Positions 55,363-62,476 of a stretch of 62,993 nt of DNA are shown in pieces. Source of the DNA: a virus (taxonomy: Duplodnaviria; Heunggongvirae; Uroviricota; Caudoviricetes); IMG/VR virus record IMGVR_UViG_3300033120_000611. The stretch is one strand, 5' to 3'. The position numbers were made by a program, and so were the translations under genes. Every line of letters starts with the position of its first letter. Position 1 is the stretch's first letter. The notes beneath the pieces are model-generated. The model was not told the DNA's origin. It saw only the letters and a list, made by a program, of their open reading frames with translations, and did not search any database.

Positions 55363-57369
55363 TTAAAAATTGATTTTTAGGATTCTTTCGAAATTACCCT
55401 GTACCTTTACGATAAGCGAGTTTCTTTGAGTTGATGAAAATCCAAGACCACTCACTTCTTTATCAGCCGGCTCCACCTTGAGCTTATTAGCGAGTACTTC
55501 AAATACTCTCTTATGATCCCTAGTGAGATCATCTCTCAGAAACTCATTAAAGAACCCTCTAGTAGGCTCATCTGACTTAACTCCTTCCAGGATAAAGAAT
55601 ATGTGGGAGTTACCTACTGTTTTTCCATCCCAATAGTTAGGCGAGTTCATGATCATAGATACCTTATGGAATTTATTACTAGAGATATTCCATTTCTCCT
55701 TAGAGACAGTTTTAGAGGCAGACTGATTACCAGTTATTACCTTTACACCATCTTTTTTAGAGTATTCGAACTCAACTACGTTCATACTCTGGCCATTAGC
55801 TGGAGACTTATCAGATGCAAATGTAAGTGTTTGTCCTTGACATTCTATCTCTATAGAGAAACCAGAGTCAGCAGATTCCCTCTTATTGTAGTTATTAACT
55901 ACAACACGATATCTACCTTCTTTGATTTTAACCTGGCTTGGCCAGATCACATTCTCCACAGCATCTCTTACCGGGCTAGATACATTCATATCTACGTCCA
56001 ATTCACCATTAGTAGGTGATCTCCTATCCCCAAAGTATATATGGTAACCTGAAGGCTCATATACGTGTAGATCTAAATCATCTGTATTCTGCCATGCAAG
56101 TGATACTCTAAGCTCACCATCTACCTTTCCACCTGCAGCTTTGACCTTCTCTTTTATAGAGTCAGTTAAACCATTAGTATAACTCCAGGAAAATGGATTA
56201 GGCCACTTGAATAGAGTAGGAGCGTTTTCATTCTTTGCAGTTACTAAGGTAACAAAGTTACTCATTTGGTGATTCTCAAATAATACTTCTATACCCTTAG
56301 CTGTAGGAAGGATCTTCTCAAGAAAGTCTCCTATAGTTACCTCATCTATCTTTGATAGAGATTTAGGATTTACTGGAGCATCATCCTTCATTTCAGCGAA
56401 GATTCCCTTACCTTTCTTAGCGTCTCTATCAACAAATAGAAGATTATTAACTGATATATCTTCAGGATTAGCTAATCTTCTACCAAGTGAGTTAGTGAGG
56501 CCTAGTTCTTCTATCTCTTTTTCAGCTCTTTCTACCATAGCCTTAGTAACAATAGCAGTAGGTCTCTTATAGTTAGCTGGAGCCATCATCCTTTCGAATG
56601 CAGTTACAGCATAATCTAGTTCCTTACCTTCTGTTATATCAATTAGGAGAGTACCTATAGCAGAGTTTCTAATCTTAGCTATAGATGCTGGTAGGTTTAC
56701 AGCTGCTTGCCAAGTATAGTTTTCTTTATCCTCTACTTTTGAATACTGTCTTTTGTATTTAAGAAACTCTGTCAAAGCGCCTTTGAATTCATCTCCTCTA
56801 TATAGAGATCCTTGAGCTATAAGTTCTAGAACTGTCTCAAGAGTTTCTATAGATATTTCTTCTAGAGCTCTCTTAAACACGTTTCTATTATCCCGGTAAT
56901 GGCCCATTAAAGATTCGATAGAATCTGAACTAGTAATTACGAAGTTTCTAGGCAGCTCTATATAAAAGTGATTCCATTTGATTACTCCCTGGTTCTCTGT
57001 TAGCTGAGTATTAAAATCTACTCCTAGCTTAGCAAACTTGCTAAAGAATACATTGTAGATAGGATATTGAGCTACCTTATCTGCTAGAGCTTTTCTAGCA
57101 ATTTCATATGATCCTTCTGATTGAAAGTCCCATATGCTTTTTGCCTTACCATCTACTAGAGCAACTATATTGCCATAATGCCGGATAAAGCTTTTACATG
57201 CACTACATGTATGACTCTGTTTCTCTACTGGATCAGTAAAGGAGTTAATGTAAGTGTCCCAGAGTTCATCTGGTAGAATAGGCACAACATAGAGGTGTGT
57301 CTGATTTTTAATGAGGGCTACGAAGGCATCCTGCATTTGTTTCTTGAATTGTCTGAATTCAATTGCCAT
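55363..57369 (-). CDS. Large hypothetical protein with YfaP/DUF2135-like domain
   Basis: LRVSLAW...DDLDLHV.EP...LDVDMN...ENVIW...YRVVVNNY; N-terminal HTCSAC. Confidence 0.65.
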   Translation of the reverse strand: MAIEFRQFKKQMQDAFVALIKNQTHLYVVPILPDELWDTYINSFTDPVEKQSHTCSACKSFIRHYGNIVALVDGKAKSIWDFQSEGSYEIARKALADKVAQYPIYNVFFSKFAKLGVDFNTQLTENQGVIKWNHFYIELPRNFVITSSDSIESLMGHYRDNRNVFKRALEEISIETLETVLELIAQGSLYRGDEFKGALTEFLKYKRQYSKVEDKENYTWQAAVNLPASIAKIRNSAIGTLLIDITEGKELDYAVTAFERMMAPANYKRPTAIVTKAMVERAEKEIEELGLTNSLGRRLANPEDISVNNLLFVDRDAKKGKGIFAEMKDDAPVNPKSLSKIDEVTIGDFLEKILPTAKGIEVLFENHQMSNFVTLVTAKNENAPTLFKWPNPFSWSYTNGLTDSIKEKVKAAGGKVDGELRVSLAWQNTDDLDLHVYEPSGYHIYFGDRRSPTNGELDVDMNVSSPVRDAVENVIWPSQVKIKEGRYRVVVNNYNKRESADSGFSIEIECQGQTLTFASDKSPANGQSMNVVEFEYSKKDGVKVITGNQSASKTVSKEKWNISSNKFHKVSMIMNSPNYWDGKTVGNSHIFFILEGVKSDEPTRGFFNEFLRDDLTRDHKRVFEVLANKLKVEPADKEVSGLGFSSTQRNSLIVKVQGNFERILKINF

Positions 57370-57395
57370 CTTTTTGTTGGTTTTGTTAATTAATG

Positions 57396-57468
57396 TGTCC
57401 CCTCTAGGATTCGAACCTAGGATCCCCTGATTAAGAGTCAGGTGCTGTAGCCACTTAGCTAAGAAGAC
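57396..57468 (-). tRNA. tRNA-Lys(CUU)
   Basis: Cloverleaf; CCTGA-CTCTTAA-TCAGG. Confidence 0.92.
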
Positions 57469-57469
57469 G

Positions 57470-57685
57470 TTATTCCACCCAATAGGGTCTATTAATTCGG
57501 TAATCTAAGCATTTTATAAAGAAGTCATCCTTCTTATCAATATAGAAACCTTGATCATCTTTCTGTACTTTAGCAGAATAGGATCCGGAACAGAAAGAAG
57601 GCATATCAAAATATAGGGTGTCTCCAACCTTTACTTCTTTCTGTAAAAAATTAGGCAAATATCTTTTTACCATATCTTCCACCAT
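57470..57685 (-). CDS. Hypothetical protein
   Basis: ORF track. Confidence 0.55.
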   Translation of the reverse strand: MVEDMVKRYLPNFLQKEVKVGDTLYFDMPSFCSGSYSAKVQKDDQGFYIDKKDDFFIKCLDYRINRPYWVE

Positions 57686-57885
57686 TTAGGTTTAGGAACA
57701 CTAGCTTGTGCTTCGACTTCCTTCATACGTCTTTTATTAACTATATCTAATTCTTCTGAGGTATAATACCCTACAAAGTAATTAAAAAAGCTAGAATCAT
57801 ATGCAGGATGTCTAATAGTGCCATCCCCTAATTCAAATGATGGTCTTTGAGATCCTTCTTCAAAGAAGATTCTTTTTACATCCAT
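57667..57885 (-). CDS. Hypothetical protein
   Basis: Start trimmed to MDVKR because the longer start overlaps tRNA-Pro. Confidence 0.5.
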   Translation of the reverse strand: MDVKRIFFEEGSQRPSFELGDGTIRHPAYDSSFFNYFVGYYTSEELDIVNKRRMKEVEAQASVPKPKWWKIW

Positions 57886-57900
57886 ATTATTGGTTTTAAG

Positions 57901-57974
57901 TCCAAGTGAGAGGATTCGAACCTCTGATCTCTCGCTCCCAAAGCGAGTGGGTATAGCCGCTGCCCGACACCTAG
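57901..57974 (-). tRNA. tRNA-Pro(UGG)
   Basis: Cloverleaf; CTCGC-TTTGGGA-GCGAG. Confidence 0.9.
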
Positions 57975-58242
57975 TTTTGGAGTTTGTTAAACGGGTCTCC
58001 ATCCCGTACTCATTATAGTAATCACCACTATGAATCTTTCCAGAGGGTGAGTGATGTATTCCAGAAACAGCGAGGCTTATATCTTATGGGCTCCTCCTTT
58101 CACGTCTCATTGAGTTATCAATGGAAATGCAAAACCATTGCTCATACCACGGCGTCTGTTTCCTATTACTATATAACGCCTATTTTCCCCCGAGTTCAGA
58201 GAAACTATTGCACACCCTCTACCCATCTTAGAGGACGACATT
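57975..58242 (-). ncRNA. Unassigned ~265-nt structured RNA between tRNA-His and tRNA-Pro
   Basis: Long-range pairs AGAGGGTG/CACCCTCT and GAAACAG/CTGTTTC; hairpins GGCGT/ACGCC, CAATGG/CCATTG and ACGGG/CCCGT. Confidence 0.5.
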
Positions 58243-58320
58243 TGGGGTGTTTAGGGGGATTCGAACCCCTCATCTACGGGAACCACAATCCCGGGCTCTA
58301 CCAGTTGAACTATAAACACC
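58243..58320 (-). tRNA. tRNA-His(GUG) with encoded G-1 and CCA
   Basis: G-GTGTTTA/TAAACAC-C-CCA; CGGGA-TTGTGGT-TCCCG. Confidence 0.93.
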
Positions 58321-58322
58321 GG

Positions 58323-58393
58323 CTCCTTCTGCTAGAATCGAACTAACATCCAGCGATTAACAGTCGCTTGCTCTACCATTGAGCTAAAAAGGA
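58323..58393 (-). tRNA. tRNA-Asn(GUU)
   Basis: U1-A72, G73; AGCGA-CTGTTAA-TCGCT. Confidence 0.92.
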
Positions 58394-58397
58394 ATAA

Positions 58398-58483
58398 AGA
58401 TAAGATCAGAGCACCTGAGGACCTCCTTATCGGTGGCCCGGTTAACATACTTGCTTAAGGTATGCCAGTGGTTAATCTTATCT
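58398..58483 (-). ncRNA. Unassigned 86-nt multi-stem element
   Basis: 9-bp closing stem AGATAAGAT/ATCTTATCT enclosing GCATAC/GTATGT and GGGCC/GGTCC hairpins. Confidence 0.4.
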
Positions 58484-58488
58484 AAGCG

Positions 58489-58561
58489 AGCTTCTCCAGT
58501 GACTCGAACACTGTGTCTGTTGATTACAAATCAACCGCTTCACCATCAAAGCTTGAGAAGC
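58489..58561 (-). tRNA. tRNA-Thr(UGU)
   Basis: Cloverleaf; GTTGA-TTTGTAA-TCAAC. Confidence 0.92.
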
Positions 58562-58565
58562 ATAA

Positions 58566-59018
58566 CTACTTATGAAAACAATCCGATTCAGTTTCAATAG
58601 TAGTATTACATTTATTACACTTCCAGAAAATACGATATGTTTTTATCCACTTTCCATTTTCTGAATGCGCTCCTAGACTCTTTGCAGGAGTAACCCCATC
58701 TATATCTGTATAAAGTCTCTCGACTTTACCACCACATTTACAGTCATATGTATATGATTCAAAGCAATTAGCTACTCCACTAAATACCTTTCCCTCATCT
58801 CCAGTGATCCATAAATTTCCACTCTTATACTCAACTGTGTAGAATTTACTACAAGAGTTACATTTCCTACGATTCCAATGATGATTTCCAGATCCCATCA
58901 TAGTTTTCATAGTTCCTAAATCTTCATAGTCATTTGAGTTACAGTAAGGGCATACTGCCTCACTATAATGCATTTGGATTGGTTTCTGAACTATTAGTTC
59001 TAATACTTCATCATTCAT
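58566..59018 (-). CDS. Multi-zinc-ribbon protein
   Basis: CPYC, CNSC, DCKC and CNKC pairs. Confidence 0.65.
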   Translation of the reverse strand: MNDEVLELIVQKPIQMHYSEAVCPYCNSNDYEDLGTMKTMMGSGNHHWNRRKCNSCSKFYTVEYKSGNLWITGDEGKVFSGVANCFESYTYDCKCGGKVERLYTDIDGVTPAKSLGAHSENGKWIKTYRIFWKCNKCNTTIETESDCFHK

Positions 59019-59041
59019 ATATTTGGTTTTAGATGAAACTG

Positions 59042-59113
59042 AGCGAGTATCCGGATTTGAACCGAATTCCTAAGTTTGGAAGACTTATACATCACCGCAA
59101 ATGCTTCACTCGC
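59042..59113 (-). tRNA. tRNA-Gly(UCC)
   Basis: GCGAGTG/TACTCGC, U73; TAAGT-CTTCCAA-ACTTA. Confidence 0.9.
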
Positions 59114-59153
59114 TTTTAATATCTTACCACCTTTTTAAGTAGTGGAAAACTTG

Positions 59154-59227
59154 TGGACCGAGTGGGGTTCGAACCCACCACACTCTCCTTGCAAGGGAGA
59201 ATCGCCAGCCAAGGAACATGCCAGCCC
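59154..59227 (-). tRNA. tRNA-Ala(UGC)
   Basis: G3-U70, A73; TCTCC-CTTGCAA-GGAGA. Confidence 0.9.
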
Positions 59228-59232
59228 AACTC

Positions 59233-59523
59233 CTACCTACCATTTCTGGCTGCAGGATATTTCTTATTACTTCTTCCATCATCTATAGCATCCATTAGAA
59301 GTCCAAGTAGAACTCCTACTCCTAATGACATAAAGAAAGCAAGTCCTATAGTCATACATAAGACTACAGCCCATACTATCAGTTTGACAAGGACAGCATA
59401 TTGAGTTTGATCAGTTCCTCCTAATAGATGATAAACAGCTGATACTATCCAGGAGTCTACATAAATTATGGAGAATAGAAAGAAGGCGATACCCACTATT
59501 ATGGGCACTATAATTTTTAACAT
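59233..59523 (-). CDS. Membrane protein
   Basis: Two to three hydrophobic helices; start MLKII. Confidence 0.6.
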   Translation of the reverse strand: MLKIIVPIIVGIAFFLFSIIYVDSWIVSAVYHLLGGTDQTQYAVLVKLIVWAVVLCMTIGLAFFMSLGVGVLLGLLMDAIDDGRSNKKYPAARNGR

Positions 59524-59533
59524 CTTGTTGGTT

Positions 59534-59965
59534 TTAAATGTTTGACAAATATACGTAAGACCGGTGATATTTTTCGATTCTATCAAAGTCTTTTTTCGTA
59601 AGTCCTTTTAGCCTAGTAATGTTGGAGTTATCACGAAGATCTTCCTTCTTCACTTTGGTAGCATCAACATTAAAAGCTATTTTCTTAATATACTCATCAT
59701 AGGGAACATCATGATCGTGCTTTAGTAAATATAAAGCGCTTAGAACTCTTTCACTAAAGCCTTCCTTCTGGAGTCTAGCGAATGTCCATTCAGGACAATC
59801 TTCCGGAACATCATGTAAGACTGCTATAGCGTTGAGCTCCTCATCTTCTGAGTGTAGTTTATGCATTACTCTTAGACAGTGTAGGATATAAGGCTTACCT
59901 GCTTTATCTTTCTTATCTACAAATGCATCTGCAGCAATCTGTATTGCTTTAGCTAGTTGATTCAT
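59534..59965 (-). CDS. HD-domain protein, small alarmone hydrolase (SpoT/Mesh1-HD)-like
   Basis: DKAGKPYILHCLRV; VLHDVPED; KVKKEDLRDN. Confidence 0.8.
   Translation of the reverse strand: MNQLAKAIQIAADAFVDKKDKAGKPYILHCLRVMHKLHSEDEELNAIAVLHDVPEDCPEWTFARLQKEGFSERVLSALYLLKHDHDVPYDEYIKKIAFNVDATKVKKEDLRDNSNITRLKGLTKKDFDRIEKYHRSYVYLSNI
59546..59553 (-). promoter_or_regulatory. Bacteroidota-type -7 element (TATATTTG)
   Basis: Exact consensus about 23 nt upstream of the ATG at 59523. Confidence 0.5.
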
Positions 59966-59992
59966 TTCAATAGTTTTAGTTTGTTAATTAGT

Positions 59993-60064
59993 GGCGATAG
60001 AGAGAATCGAACTCCCAACCCCGCGCCCATGATGCACGTGCTCTGCCAATTGAGCTATATCGCT
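59993..60064 (-). tRNA. tRNA(CAU), atypical (A1-C72 mismatch, loop ATCATGG)
   Basis: Cloverleaf; CGTGC-ATCATGG-GCGCG; T-arm GGGAG-TTCGATT-CTCTC. Confidence 0.75.
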
Positions 60065-60221
60065 AAGTAAGGGGACACTGATCTACTACTCCAATGCACT
60101 AAAGTAATAAATCTCTCCCCCGTGTAAAGATCGAACAGAGGTAAGATTTGAGATGGTAGAAACCATTTAGGCGCACCTCTTTCTCTCTTAAGGTTGTATC
60201 TACTTTAACCACCTTCTGTTC

Positions 60222-60312
60222 TGGAGGTAGGACTCAGATTCGAACTGAGGGAACTGTTACATCCTCCTGTTTTCAAGACAGGTGCCTTAAACCAGACTCG
60301 AGCCACCCTACC
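60222..60312 (-). tRNA. tRNA-Ser(UGA), CCA encoded
   Basis: CCTGT-CTTGAAA-ACAGG; long variable arm. Confidence 0.9.
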
Positions 60313-60392
60313 TTATGTAGTATCGACCTTTATAGGTGGCCGAATCATTGCTGAACGTGGACCTAAGCTATCCACTACACCATATCTTTTGG

Positions 60393-60731
60393 TTATACCG
60401 CTATTGCGAAATCACCAGTGATTTGTATACTACCTAAAGATAGCACACCATTTTTTACTTCTATCCTCTTACCAGATGTACTATGCTTTGTGCTAAATAC
60501 ATTCTTGGTGTTTGATAGTTTTTTGTCTGAGGATTTAGTGTGAAATACTTTCTTACCTCCTCTGATACTAGAATACCACTTATTGCTGATTGAATCAGCT
60601 GATCTATTTATTTCAGCTGCAGCAGATTCAAAAGCTCTAGATAGATTGTCCGGATTCTGTTTTACAAAATTACGGATAGTGCTGATCTCTTTAGTGGTAA
60701 ACGGATTACCATGTCCTCCTTTGTTACTCAT
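60393..60731 (-). CDS. Hypothetical protein (HTH/Myb-like)
   Basis: Start trimmed to MSNKG; FTTKEI...SRAFESAAAEINRS...KWY. Confidence 0.55.
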   Translation of the reverse strand: MSNKGGHGNPFTTKEISTIRNFVKQNPDNLSRAFESAAAEINRSADSISNKWYSSIRGGKKVFHTKSSDKKLSNTKNVFSTKHSTSGKRIEVKNGVLSLGSIQITGDFAIAV

Positions 60732-60761
60732 TACGTTTAAATTTTGATTAATTAATAAAAG

Positions 60762-60836
60762 CACCCCCGATGGGACTTGAACCCATGGTCTCTTCCGTGA
60801 CAGGGAAGCATCCGTTCCAACCCGGACCGCGAGGGT
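60762..60836 (-). tRNA. tRNA-Asp(GUC)
   Basis: G73; CTTCC-CTGTCAC-GGAAG. Confidence 0.9.
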
Positions 60837-60840
60837 ATTT

Positions 60841-60965
60841 AGTAAATGAGCCACCATCCTTAGGTATTGATTGCTCCTGACCTTTGATTGTCTACACCGT
60901 TTCATTGAAGATTACTGGGAAGCTTTCTCCATCATTCAACTATTGTAGGTTCTAACTCATTTACT
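60841..60965 (-). ncRNA. Unassigned 125-nt structured element between tRNA-Ile and tRNA-Asp
   Basis: Perfect 10-bp closing stem AGTAAATGAG/CTCATTTACT with inner CTACA/TGTAG, TTGAA/TTCAA and AGGT/ACCT. Confidence 0.45.
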
Positions 60966-60967
60966 TG

Positions 60968-61041
60968 TTGGTAGTGGCGGAATTGAACCACCTTCCTCCT
61001 GGATATCAGCCAGGCGCATTACCAGGAAATGCTAACTACCA
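60968..61041 (-). tRNA. tRNA-Ile(GAU)
   Basis: TGGTAGT/ACTACCA; CCTGG-CTGATAT-CCAGG. Confidence 0.88.
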
Positions 61042-61047
61042 GTTTGA

Positions 61048-61278
61048 TTATAGATGATTAGCTACTATTTCATCATCATCTGTAAATACTCTTTCAATAC
61101 CAAGAGTTTCTAGTTCCTTATCAATATCATCTTGTAATTCATCTGAATTGGCTTGATAATATTTTTCTTCTAGATCAGTGAATAGTTTACCAAAAGAATC
61201 TGTCTTATCTTCAGGAACCATGTAAAGACCTACTCTTACGCCTTCACCGTCAACTACTTGCATTAATATACTTTTCAT
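61048..61278 (-). CDS. Hypothetical acidic protein
   Basis: Start trimmed to MKSIL. Confidence 0.55.
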   Translation of the reverse strand: MKSILMQVVDGEGVRVGLYMVPEDKTDSFGKLFTDLEEKYYQANSDELQDDIDKELETLGIERVFTDDDEIVANHL

Positions 61279-61293
61279 TTCAATTTGTTTTAG

Positions 61294-61333
61294 TGTCCTT
61301 AGATGGATTTGAACCAACGACCTTCACATTATG
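61294..61333 (-). pseudogene. 3' half (positions 34-73) of an interrupted tRNA(CAU)
   Basis: CAT-AA-TGTGA-AGGTC-GTTGG-TTCAAAT-CCATC-TAAGGAC-A; pairs with the 5' half at 62291-62326. Confidence 0.85.
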
Positions 61334-61337
61334 AGTA

Positions 61338-61544
61338 TTAGTTCATGAAGCCATAATCCCATTCGTGTATCAGAAAGTTAATGGCTTTGTTCACCTCTGG
61401 ATCATTACCTATATAGATAATTACTCCTTTGTTGATCTTGCCTCCACCTTTGATAATTATTTCCTCAGCTTCACCTATACCATCTGTAGGTTCTTCGTCT
61501 GTGCCCATGAACTGGCTTCTTAGTTCTTCGCTTGCTTGTGGCAT
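61338..61544 (-). CDS. Hypothetical protein (cassette)
   Basis: ORF track; stop codon 4 nt from the cassette junction. Confidence 0.55.
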   Translation of the reverse strand: MPQASEELRSQFMGTDEEPTDGIGEAEEIIIKGGGKINKGVIIYIGNDPEVNKAINFLIHEWDYGFMN

Positions 61545-61599
61545 TGTTAATTTTGTTTAAAAGTTTGAATAATTATGAACTTCTTCATAACTTAGAGTT

Positions 61600-61989
61600 A
61601 TGAAACAATGTATTATTTGTGGAAATGACCTATCCATAACCCAGGTCAAGTATTGTAGTAACACCTGTAAGCAATCAGCCCACTACAAGAAGTTTAAGAC
61701 TGACAATCCTAACTCTACCTACTCTCAGTTCAGTCGAGCTGATAAGAGAAAGAAAGAATTTATCAGACAGCTTGGTGGAAAGTGCTCTAAATGTGGGTAT
61801 AGTAAGAATTATGGCGCTCTCAGCTTTCATCACAAAGGTGATAAGCTCTTTCCTTTGGATTCTCGTAACATAGGTAACAGAAGTTTGGAATCTCTTAAGC
61901 TGGAAGTAGCTAAGTGTGATCTCTTGTGCCTTAACTGTCACATGGAATTACATAATCCTCAGTGTCTCCTACACGATTCGAACGTGTGA
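61600..61989 (+). CDS. HNH endonuclease with N-terminal Zn finger
   Basis: CIIC...YCSNTC; GGKCSKCGY...FHH...KCDLLCLNCH..LH. It is the only credible + strand gene in 46 kb. Confidence 0.85.
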   Translation: MKQCIICGNDLSITQVKYCSNTCKQSAHYKKFKTDNPNSTYSQFSRADKRKKEFIRQLGGKCSKCGYSKNYGALSFHHKGDKLFPLDSRNIGNRSLESLKLEVAKCDLLCLNCHMELHNPQCLLHDSNV

Positions 61990-62037
61990 TCTCTTTCTTA
62001 TGAGGGAAGTGCTTTAGACCAACTAAGCTAAGGAAAC
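61963..62037 (-). tRNA. tRNA(CAU) (Met or Ile2), inside the cassette
   Basis: GTTTCCT/AGGAGAC, A73; loop CTCATAA; T-arm CACACG-TTCGAAT-CGTGT. Confidence 0.85.
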
Positions 62038-62042
62038 GGAAG

Positions 62043-62276
62043 TCATTTTGACAGTTTGATAGATAACCAAGTACCTAGAAAAGCTCCTATCATTGCTGCT
62101 ACAATCATCTGGTTATTGTCTACAATGTAAACTACTACTAGTTTTCCAAACAGAATATTAGCGGACGACCAAAGTCCAGCACTAATAGCCTTGTTTTGAG
62201 CAATCTTCTTAATGTAAATAGCACAAGTACCTTCAGCGAGAAGCATCATCACTATTACTGCTATAAATTTGATCAT
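62043..62276 (-). CDS. Small membrane protein (cassette)
   Basis: Hydrophobic; ends GAFLGTWLS. Confidence 0.55.
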   Translation of the reverse strand: MIKFIAVIVMMLLAEGTCAIYIKKIAQNKAISAGLWSSANILFGKLVVVYIVDNNQMIVAAMIGAFLGTWLSIKLSK

Positions 62277-62290
62277 AAGAATTGTGTTTA

Positions 62291-62326
62291 AGTGTGTTGC
62301 TACTGACCGGGCTGAGCTATAAGGAC
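62291..62326 (-). pseudogene. 5' half (positions 1-33) of an interrupted tRNA(CAU)
   Basis: GTCCTTA-TA-GCTCAGCCCGGTCAGTAGC-A-ACACA-CT; acceptor strand is 7/7 complementary to TAAGGAC. Confidence 0.85.
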
Positions 62327-62398
62327 TTGTTGAGGTGGCCATAATTAAAGACCTTTGGCTCTTAGTATCGGAACGGTCATGCGATCTACCTCAAGTAG

Positions 62399-62471
62399 TA
62401 TTTCCAGCTGGATTCGAACCAACATCCTCTAATCCGTAGTTAGAGATTCTGTTCCATTGAACTATGGAAAC
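62399..62471 (-). tRNA. tRNA-Arg(ACG)
   Basis: TCTAA-CTACGGA-TTAGA. Confidence 0.9.
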
Positions 62472-62476
62472 AAGTG

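Larger units (their letters stand above)
61334..62290. mobile_element. 957-bp HNH-endonuclease/tRNA cassette inserted in a tRNA(CAU) anticodon loop
   Basis: Separates complementary tRNA halves; 3-bp direct repeat ACT (61334-61336 and 62291-62293); contains an HNH gene, an intact tRNA(CAU) and two small ORFs. Confidence 0.7.

Noticed and set aside
57975-58242. Cobalamin riboswitch (attractive because NrdJ needs AdoCbl)
   Set aside because: Only GGGAA and GAGACC fragments are present; GCAACUGU and GCCACUG are missing, and it does not lead a protein gene.
58398-58483. Hammerhead ribozyme or SAM-I riboswitch
   Set aside because: No CUGAUGA plus GAAA core on either strand; the SAM-I similarity is limited to a few bases.
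57984-59404. Track ORFs 57984-58346(+) and 59153-59404(+), and N-terminal extensions of ORFs at 52480, 58002, 60905, 61317 and 62342
   Set aside because: They overlap tRNA genes or structured RNA, or are antisense; treated as spurious or trimmed to downstream ATGs.
61334-62290. Group I intron in the tRNA(CAU) gene (insertion after U33 resembles tRNA-fMet introns)
   Set aside because: The insert ends in ...TAATACT rather than a terminal G, has no guide sequence able to pair with the 5' exon, shows no P7 core, and is filled with ORFs and a tRNA.
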